A DNA stretch of 64,000 nucleotides from Terriglobia bacterium (GTDB lineage: Bacteria > Acidobacteriota > Terriglobia > 20CM-2-55-15). The notes under the pieces are model-generated. The model was not told the origin of the DNA. It saw nothing but the letters and a program-made list of their open reading frames with translations, and searched no databases. The stretch spans positions 286,125 through 350,124 of the forward strand of contig CBDCLE010000003.1 of assembly GCA_965218585.1 (NCBI GenBank), written 5' to 3'. The translations under genes were made by a program, and so were the position numbers. This document shows positions 56,178 through 64,000 of the stretch, piece after piece. Position 1 is the stretch's first letter, and each line of letters begins with the position of its first letter.

Positions 56178-58439
56178 ATGGCTAAGTCCTCCGATATCCA
56201 GGATTTTCTGATCGACTGCACTACACGTGTCGAAACCTCGGGCCAGGTCGGGACCGGTTTCTTCATTGCGCCGGGCTTTGTGTTGACGTGCGCCCACCTG
56301 ATCGAGGACGCGGAGAACGGAGACTATCCACTGTCGGAAGTCGACATCCATTGGCGTGGCGAGCGGCATCCGGCGCGAGTGTTCCGGTATGCGGCAAGCC
56401 CCAGCCCTAATCTGGCGGTCCTTGAAACTGATCTGAACGAGCACCCATGCGCGTACCTGTTCGAATCCCTGTGCCCGGACGACACGTTGTACGTGTGCGG
56501 GTTTTCAAGAGAAGAGAGTGGGGACGCCGTCCGTCTTCTGATTGAGGGTTCAGAGGCTCACCTTTCCACGCTGAAGCTTGGTTCCGTCACCGCAGATGCA
56601 GCACTCAGCGGAGCCCCGGTCTTGAATCTTCGCACTGGTGGCGTGTGTGCGATTCTGAACACGGCGACGGAGTTTGGAGGGGAGTCGGCAAGTCGGGCGA
56701 TCCCTGCTTCAGTTCTTGTCGATCTGTTTCCGGAAATTCAGGCGATTCATGACCGTAATCACGAAGAAGTACCCCGCTGGTTTGACTGTACTGGAATCGT
56801 GGGGACGGTCTTTGCGGCTCGATCACATCTGACGGCGATGAGAGCCAACGCAGAGGAACCCATTCAACCGGTCCTGGCACCGAAGAGCGAGGCGAGTGCT
56901 ATGGACCTGCTCTCCCCAACGACGTTCAGAGTGTTGTCGAGCGAATCGGACGTGGGCCCGACCGATCGAATTAGCATCGAGGAACTACTGGATCGCAATC
57001 GGAGATCCAATCGGAGCCTGCTTGTTGTGGGTCAGGCCGGATCCGGCCGTTCGAGCCTCCTTCGGTTGTTCGGCTTCAAGGCCGCAGCTTCCTGCCGTAA
57101 TCTGGGCGCCCGAAACCAGGACTGCGTGTTTCCGATTCTTCTCCGCGCTAATCAGCTGACTTCCGGTGAAGGTTCAGTAGAAGAACTGATCCTGAACGCG
57201 GTTCGAAACAGCAAGGGCCGACTTGCTCAAACATCTTTGCCGTCCAGCTTCCTGACAGATCTTGCCGAATTGCCTGGTCTTCGTCTGCTGATCATGGTGG
57301 ATGGAGTCGACGAAATTCAGAATGCCAGGGACCTTGGGGACCTGGTCGATCTCATTGGACGCATTCAGGGAGATCCGGGGTTCGGATCCAGAACGCAGCT
57401 CATCCTGACCTCCCGGCCGACTTCGGCTGAACACTTCAGATACTCTGATCTCGACGTTTACGAACTCCTTCCGCTTGATCTCGAATCGGTGGAGCAAACT
57501 GCGCTAAAGTGGCTCGGACAAGGTGGGAAGGGTTTTCTGGAGGGGAACGATGGTTTGCTCGATTCCCGCCTCCTGTCCTCGCCCCTGGTTCTGTCGGTAG
57601 CCCTGGCTCTGTACGAAAGGCATGGTGGCAGACTTTCAGGGGAGGTCGTCTCGCTCTTCGCTGATCTGGTTTCGGAGTGCCTCGAGAGCTGGAAGAAGCG
57701 AGATCTGATCAAAAAATACGGGGCCGAAGTCCTGGATAATGCAGTGGACGTGTTGGGATTTCTCGCGCTCGAACTTATTCGCTCGGCAACACTCCTGGAC
57801 CGTGACTGGCTGGTGGGGACTGCGGCAAGATATTTCAGGGACCGGCATGATTTTGACGAGGCCAAGGCGCAGGAAACGGCCGAGCGTTTCGGTGAGTTCG
57901 CCGAAACGGACAATTTATTCCTCGGCGGTGCGGGAGAGCGTTATTACTGGTCCCACCGTTCTTTTCGTGATTATTTCGCGGCATCGTACCTGGTGAAATC
58001 GCATTCCGACACCGGCGCATTGATCAAAGAGATCAAAGGCCGTTGGTTTGACGCCAATTGGGGCAAGACTCCGTCTTTCGCGATCCAGCTCCTCGCTCGG
58101 TTAGAGGACCGCGTCGATGTCGTCAACGACATTCTCTCTTCCGGTCGCGACCTGCGGCTGGAGTTCGTTACGGGTATGGTTCGGGAAGGTGTTTCCCTTC
58201 CAGATGCGGTCACCGAAAAGTTGATCGGCGAATTGCTTTCGAAGACGAGAGACGAACAGTCCAGTTATGGCTCCGAATCCAGACCTTCGGACGGAGGGGT
58301 TTTCAGTTTCGATCTTCTTTTATCCCTTGGATATCTGGGTTCTGCACGGACAGCCCTGGAGAGTATTGCCAGTGATTCCACGTCGAACGAAGCCGTGCGG
58401 GCAATGGCGAAGGAGCGGTTGGCGCTGGCCGAGGCGTAA
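56178..58439 (+). CDS. Trypsin-like peptidase domain fused to NACHT (STAND) NTPase
   Basis: GTGFFI...LTCAH...LSGAPV; GQAGSGRS; LIMVDGVDE; ILTSRP; SSPLVL; WSHRSFRDYFAA. Confidence 0.85.
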   Translation: MAKSSDIQDFLIDCTTRVETSGQVGTGFFIAPGFVLTCAHLIEDAENGDYPLSEVDIHWRGERHPARVFRYAASPSPNLAVLETDLNEHPCAYLFESLCPDDTLYVCGFSREESGDAVRLLIEGSEAHLSTLKLGSVTADAALSGAPVLNLRTGGVCAILNTATEFGGESASRAIPASVLVDLFPEIQAIHDRNHEEVPRWFDCTGIVGTVFAARSHLTAMRANAEEPIQPVLAPKSEASAMDLLSPTTFRVLSSESDVGPTDRISIEELLDRNRRSNRSLLVVGQAGSGRSSLLRLFGFKAAASCRNLGARNQDCVFPILLRANQLTSGEGSVEELILNAVRNSKGRLAQTSLPSSFLTDLAELPGLRLLIMVDGVDEIQNARDLGDLVDLIGRIQGDPGFGSRTQLILTSRPTSAEHFRYSDLDVYELLPLDLESVEQTALKWLGQGGKGFLEGNDGLLDSRLLSSPLVLSVALALYERHGGRLSGEVVSLFADLVSECLESWKKRDLIKKYGAEVLDNAVDVLGFLALELIRSATLLDRDWLVGTAARYFRDRHDFDEAKAQETAERFGEFAETDNLFLGGAGERYYWSHRSFRDYFAASYLVKSHSDTGALIKEIKGRWFDANWGKTPSFAIQLLARLEDRVDVVNDILSSGRDLRLEFVTGMVREGVSLPDAVTEKLIGELLSKTRDEQSSYGSESRPSDGGVFSFDLLLSLGYLGSARTALESIASDSTSNEAVRAMAKERLALAEA

Positions 58440-58448
58440 TTATGACGT

Positions 58449-59864
58449 CTAATTAACCGGAAGCGTCAATTCCAGACCCATCACACCTTCTGCTTTGACC
58501 AGGAGTTCGACTACCGAGCCATCCACGCGAACCGACTCTGGACTGAGCGTCTCAATTTCGGCCTCCATCGTCCCATAGTTGGCGAGCGAGACGCTTCTGA
58601 GTTCGTCGCCGAGACGCTCTCTTATTTCATCGATCATCTCGCCCAGTGGAAAGACCATTTCTTCCTGGATTCGGTCCCTTAGCCTGGAGTGAAGTATGCG
58701 ATCGGCAAGTCCGGCGAGTCGACTATCGGACGTGAGTTCGTAGTCAAGGTCTGTCACTGTTAGAGTCTGTGTGTCCGGATCATATGCCGGCCGGCCTTCA
58801 AGAGCCATTTCTCCCGACAATTCGTTGACCACGGGGAGGCCCGTATCCGCTTCGAAGTCTACAGCTGCCTGAAGTCGGTCTCCCTCTCCCGACAATTCGA
58901 TGCCGAGCCATCGAACGCGCGCGCGACTTCCAATCGCATCCTCACGTCCCACGATCTGACTCGAAATTGCGTCGGCTGCTGCATCCAGTTCCAGTGTGAT
59001 CGGAATGGCTACCTGAAAAGTACCGATGCCCTGGGGCGTGTCCCCCAGGGGTGGTATGGGGCCCAGTGTAAGAGATTCGGGTCGGTCCCCGACAACGGAG
59101 TCGATGTACATGTCCATGCCCACGTCAAATCGCAGGTTGTTGCTCGAAGTCTGAGCGGGTGACAGGTTGAAGGCAACCGGTTCCACGCGAAGCCAGACGG
59201 ACGGTTCTTCGGTAAGTTGTATGGGTTCGGCGAAACTCTCCCATACGGGTTCGAACATTCCTCGAACATCGATGTCTGCCAGATAGTTGTCCAATGGTGC
59301 CGCGATTCTTTCGGAGTTCCTGCGAAGTATTTCTTCGATGATTCCAGTGGCATTCACGTCTATACCGGGTATCGTGATGTCCGCCCGCTGGACATCGATG
59401 GCGACGGTAGAATCCGAAGCCAGGGACCAGTCCGAATTCAATTTGACAGACGAGCTGAGCTCAACGTTAAGATCCGCATCAAACCCTTCCGGGCGTCCTA
59501 TGCTGAACGGACCGAATCCCAGCGTGACGCGGCCGCTGACGTTCAATGGAACCACCGTCGTCAACGTGCTCCCGGAAATATCCATTGTGACGGGCGCGTT
59601 CCGTCGGTTGACGACGATATCCATCACAACGCCGGTCGTGATCTGGCGGGACTCGGAATAGAGTTCGCCGGAGAGTCGACGTTCGACGAGCGAGCGGAGC
59701 TCCTCTATCGGAATGAGTATCGGCGTTGAGATCCTCGACAGTTGCAGAACAGCATCCGGAGGCGTTTCAGGGATTACCTGCTCCACGCTAGTGGTCCCGC
59801 CGCAGTTGGTGAGCAACGCGCCGATAGAAGCGATTACAATCAGGCGCAGCCGGGTGGGAGTCAT
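58449..59864 (-). CDS. Putative lipoprotein, DUF4403-like
   Basis: Signal peptide with lipobox LTNC; WLRVEP and GRPAYD motifs. Family assignment from recall. Confidence 0.7.
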   Translation of the reverse strand: MTPTRLRLIVIASIGALLTNCGGTTSVEQVIPETPPDAVLQLSRISTPILIPIEELRSLVERRLSGELYSESRQITTGVVMDIVVNRRNAPVTMDISGSTLTTVVPLNVSGRVTLGFGPFSIGRPEGFDADLNVELSSSVKLNSDWSLASDSTVAIDVQRADITIPGIDVNATGIIEEILRRNSERIAAPLDNYLADIDVRGMFEPVWESFAEPIQLTEEPSVWLRVEPVAFNLSPAQTSSNNLRFDVGMDMYIDSVVGDRPESLTLGPIPPLGDTPQGIGTFQVAIPITLELDAAADAISSQIVGREDAIGSRARVRWLGIELSGEGDRLQAAVDFEADTGLPVVNELSGEMALEGRPAYDPDTQTLTVTDLDYELTSDSRLAGLADRILHSRLRDRIQEEMVFPLGEMIDEIRERLGDELRSVSLANYGTMEAEIETLSPESVRVDGSVVELLVKAEGVMGLELTLPVN

Positions 59865-60099
59865 GTTTTTCTCCGGAAATGGAACGATGAGTCGTCTCTA
59901 ATAGTAGTCCACAAGCGCCGGGTGCTATGCAATCGTCGTTCTCCGTTTAGGTGAAAAGATGTTTCATTCTCAGATAACATACTTTGGTATTCGTGTCCTG
60001 GAGTGGGGTTGCGATTGCCATGAGCATGTATAAAAACAATGACTTGAACGTAGGCCAACGCTTCCGGAGGATTTTCTTGCTTCTTTTCGAGGTGCGCCG

Positions 60100-61266
60100 A
60101 TGAATCCATTGGAAAGTTCAGGGAAACCGTTGTCTTCAGCGTCGCTGACGCTGTTCGGACCCGACTGTCATCGCCTCCGGGCCGCAAAGGAACTGCTCTT
60201 CGGACGGCCGTCCGGTCCCTGTCCCTGATGCAGAAGGAGGCCCTGATCGCCTCGAGCGCTACGGGAGCCCTGTGGCGGGTAGCCAGTGACGAAGGCGCCT
60301 ACTTGAACGGCGATGACGTGGCGCCATGTCCGTTGGCGCACTTGACTACAGGTATGGTCGCGTCTTTATGGAAGAGATTCAGAGACTGGCTCGGGAACGT
60401 AAAATAGAGCTCGGCCACATCCGCCTTGTTCAGGACAATTTCTACACAATGGAAGGGTCTGCGCTCAAAGGTACTATGACCGGCGGCGCGCTGCCAGTCG
60501 AACTGGAAGCCGAAATCGACTCTCCTTGCGGCAATGACGAATTAATTCAATTGGTCGAATATGCCGTTCGGCATTCGCCCGTGCACGGACTCATAAGAGA
60601 TGTCCTCCGCAGTCAGTTTACTTTGACCCATAACGGGCGTGAAATCGAACTAGGGGAGGTGAAGCCCATCGATGGTCATCCGGAGTCTGGGCCGGATTTC
60701 GACATTGCGATCCCGGAGGACGGGGATTGGGATCACCTGGTCAGACGCAACGGGATGTCACCGAAAACTGATGAAGTAACTTCGAGTGCCGGTTCCAGTT
60801 TTGCCGAGAATCAGAGTCGCAGGCTCCATGCGAGGGGAATTTGCACGCTGCTTCCTGATGGGATGAAACAGATCGAACAACAACTGTTGAACCCTCACGG
60901 GTCGATCTTCTATTTCCTTTCAGAAGAAGGGACAGAAGGAGCGGGGCTGCCCCCGATGCCATGAGTTACGCTTCAGCGGGCATCGCTTTCTGTTTCATGA
61001 CCCAGTTCGGGCGTTATGCCAAGATCGTCAAGAAAGACATCGAATCGTACTCGATCGTTCAGGACACGCATTTCTCTCCCGGTGGGGCCGAAGGCGGTGC
61101 GGCTGATCCGGTCGAAACCCACGTCTATATCCGTTCTGACCAGGACGATGACTTTGCCAGGAAAGCCCTGGATATGTCTGAACAGACGTGTTTCCTGCAT
61201 GCGCTTTGCCGATCGGCACTGGGCGTGAACGTGAAGGTTGCCCAAAGGAGCGCCAAATCGGGCTAG
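60100..61266 (+). pseudogene. Tandem OsmC-like domain protein, broken by three frameshifts (or sequencing errors)
   Basis: Joined frames give MNPLESSGKPL / ...WRVASDEGAYLNGDDVAPCPLAHLTTGMVAS / FMEE... / APDAMSYASAGIAFCFMTQ...EQTCFLHA. Shifts near 60133, 60365 and 60940. Confidence 0.72.
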
Positions 61267-61411
61267 TCTCTCGTAGCCTAGGGCGCCCGAGCCTGATCCT
61301 GTGCCCCTATCGGTAGAAAGTCGCAGAACTAGCCAAAAGGCGCAAACTACTAGCAAACATTGAGTGAAAAGTCGTCCGTGAGGGCACAGATTCTCAACGT
61401 CCGACAATGTC

Positions 61412-62654
61412 TGCCGGCTCAACCGGTCGATGCAACACATGCATTAAATGTTTCTGCCGGAGTTGCGAACTCCAGCGTCTTGCGGGGCCGCTCGTTGAGC
61501 TGCCGAGCAACCGCGTCCAAATGTTCCTGTGAGTGTACCGACAGATTCGTCCTTTTGGGAAAGTAGTATCGAAGCAGACCATTGGTGTTCTCATTCGATC
61601 CGCGCTGCCATGGACTCCGTGGGTCGCAGAAATAGACGGCAATGTTTGTCGCCAGGGTAAACCGCTTGTGATCCGCCATTTCCAGACCGCGATCCCAGGT
61701 CAGTGATTTGTAGAGTTCCGTCGGTAGTGGATGCGCCTGTTCGATGAGCGCGTTGACAACAGTTTCGGTCTTCTTGTTGGGAACCTTCGCCAGCATCACA
61801 TAACGCGAGTGACGTTCGACCAGAGTGGCGATGTAGGTGTTCCTCGATCCGGCGATCAGATCCCCTTCCCAGTGACCGGGGACCGCACGATATTCGACTG
61901 AAGCCGGGCGCTCACGGATCGAGATCATGTCTTCGATCTGTCCCTTTCCATGGCCTTTCCGGCTCGCTTTTCCAGATCGGCGAATCGTGCGTCTTGTCCG
62001 CAGGATACTGAGTCAGTTCTTTCTTCAAAACCCCGCGGGCCTGGACAAAAAGGCTGCGATAGATCGTCTCGTGGAACACGTGAAGCGACTCGTCTTCCGG
62101 ATATGAGTGTTTCAGCCAACCGGCGATTTGCTCGGGCGACCAGACCTTCTGCAGCTTCTCTTCAACAAGCTGCCGTAAGCGGGGACTGCGGGCTAACCGG
62201 CACGACTTCGGACGGCGCGCCCGCTCCCAGGTCCGCTCATCGGCTTCCGATGCCCGATAGCTATCAGAGCCCCCGTTTCGGCTGACCTCCCGGCTCACCG
62301 TCGATGGCGACCGACCCAGTCGCACGGCAATCGAACGGAGCGATTCTTTGGCCGCAATACCTCTAGAGATCTCTTCACGTTCGACCAGAGTCAGTGCCCG
62401 CGCTGACCGGCAACGGGACTGCGGACGGATGCCCCCGTACACGGCCAGTTGACGATGAATCGCCGATCCCCCTCTGTCCAGCACGCGTCCGATCGATTGG
62501 GACGACTCCCCCCGCTGCCAGCGATCCCACACCTCGACCCGCTCGATCGCTGTGAACCATCGCCGCTTCCTCATCCGCTTGTTCTTTCGTTTCTTGGCCA
62601 TACACTTCACCTCTCTTCTTATGTGAAGTGTTGCATCGACCCCTTGAAATCACC
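61412..62654 (-). mobile_element. IS30 family insertion sequence
   Basis: IRs tgccggctcaaccggtcgatgcaacac / gtgttgcatcgaccccttgaaatcacc enclose the transposase. Confidence 0.88.
61419..62610 (-). pseudogene. IS30 transposase with one frameshift
   Basis: WSPEQIAG, HETIY, GHWEGD, SPWQRGSNENTNGLLR. One extra base near 62003 splits the ORF. Confidence 0.88.
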
Positions 62655-62751
62655 TCGTTTATCAGGACTTGAGAATTTAATAGCGCCTAACTCCCTCCCT
62701 TAGTATCCTTTGCAGAGTTTTTCACGGTTATTTCGGCGACACACTTTAAAC

Positions 62752-62961
62752 ATGGAATCCGGCACCAAACTGGGCCATTACGAGATCTCAACGCTCTTAG
62801 GTAAGAGTGGAATGGGTGAAGTGTGGCGTGCGCGGGATACCAAACTCGGGCGTGCCTGCAATGTTGGAGTGATTCAGTGAAGCCAGGAGTTTGGCTTCGC
62901 GTTCGAAGCGAGCAAGTCGATTTAAGTGGCGATCAAGACGCTCCCTGAAGAGTTTGCCAAG
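62752..62961 (+). pseudogene. Ser/Thr protein kinase N-terminal remnant
   Basis: [34 protein letters not shown]|EVAIKTLPEEFAK, interrupted by a 69-nt inverted piece and then truncated. Confidence 0.85.
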
Positions 62962-62995
62962 CCCTATGGAACAATACGAACCGTATCAGTGCCCC

Positions 62996-64000
62996 GAGGT
63001 CGTTCCAATCGGTGTGTAAAAAGAGAAGGCGGTGTACGCTTTCGGTGAATTCGAAACCGTAAGCAATCCCGGCAGCAATCGGGAGAAAGGTACACCACCC
63101 ATGAAGAAGAAGAACATACCGGCATCAGTGGCGTCAACGAACGCGTATGAAGGTTTGGAGGACTGGGCGCGATCCCGGGTCCAAGTCTGGCTACAGGAGC
63201 TGCTCGAGGACGAAGTCACTCAATTTCTGGGTCGGGAAAAGTCGGAGCGGAGTCCGAATCGACGAGGATACCGGAACGGTCACGGGAAACCGCGACGCTT
63301 CGCAATGATGAACGGTACGATGGAGGTTCGACGACCTCGGGTTCGAAACACCGCCGAGCGGTTCGAGAGTCAGATCCTGCCGTATTTTCGACGGAAATCG
63401 AAACAGCTGGGCGAGCTACTTCCCGATCTCTACCTCCACGGTCTGGCCACAGGGGACTTCGAGCAGGCCATGCGCGGACTGCTTGGCGCTGGCGCTCCGT
63501 TGTCGCGAGCATCGATCCAACGACTGAAATCGACCTGGCAGTTGGAGTATGACGAGTGGGTCCAGCAGGACCTGTCCGGCCTCGAGGTCGTGTACCAGTG
63601 GGCAGACGGCTTGTACGTGAAAGCGGGGGATCGCGAAAGAGCGAGCGGCATTGCTGGTGATCATCGGAGCCTTGTCAGACGGGCGCAAAGTGCTGTTGGC
63701 CTGTGAGAGCGGGCAGCGGGAAAGCAAGGAGTCCTGGAGCCGCATTCTGCGCAATCTCCAGAGACGGGGCCTGAAGCTGGGACGGCTGACTGTCGCGGAC
63801 GGTCACCTGGGCATCTGGTCCGCGCTGGCCGAGCAACAGCCCCAGGGCCAGGAACAACGCTGCTGGAACCACAAGTCGATCAACGTGGTCGATCATCTGC
63901 CGAAGACCGAGCAGCCCGCGGCCAGACAGCTGCTTCATGGGATGGCCTTCGCGAACTCCCGCGCGGCCTGCGAACGAAGCGGGATCAGTTCGTCGCCGAT
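62996..64000 (+). mobile_element. IS256 family element (3' truncated by window), frameshifted transposase from ATG 63101
   Basis: End gaggtcgttccaatcggtgtgtaa. GYRNG, LYLHGLATGDF, WADGLY, ESKESW, VADGHLG and QRCWNHK motifs. Extra G in run 63625-63629. Confidence 0.88.

Noticed and set aside
60240-60964. Selenocysteine or programmed recoding in the OsmC-like gene
   Set aside because: The breaks are frame changes rather than in-frame TGA, and similar indels affect neighbouring IS genes.
61298-61389. ctgtgccc/gggcacag inverted pair as an attachment site or element end
   Set aside because: Only 8 bp, with no integrase or tRNA nearby.

Overview
Bacterial chromosome segment, probably Acidobacteriota-like (inferred from the 8-Cys insert in RpoB and the Ser/Thr kinase remnant). 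From 6218 to 52321 it is one co-oriented housekeeping supercluster: ispE-tRNAGln-prs-rplY-pth-rpsF-rpsR-rplI-dnaB-radA-yacL-ispDF-gltX-rlmB, four tRNAs, tuf-rpmG-tRNATrp-secE-nusG-rplKAJL-rpoBC, then the str, S10, spc and alpha operons. The left flank holds surface-glycan genes: a Wzm-type permease, a GT2-GT4 fusion, and a coiled-coil methyltransferase split by an IS5/IS427-group element. The right flank holds a K+-dependent membrane pyrophosphatase, small proteins, a trypsin-NACHT fusion with altered catalytic residues, a DUF4403-like lipoprotein, and a degraded last 4 kb (frameshifted OsmC-like gene, IS30, kinase remnant with an inverted piece of itself, IS256). The most unusual signals are non-coding: two oppositely oriented repeat arrays bracket tRNA-Thr(GGT), whose position is swapped with tRNA-Gly; REP/REPIN-like palindrome families sit in ribosomal operon spacers, one nested inside another; and structured elements flank hppA. 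No rRNA or CRISPR array was seen. All calls come from manual reading without database searches.
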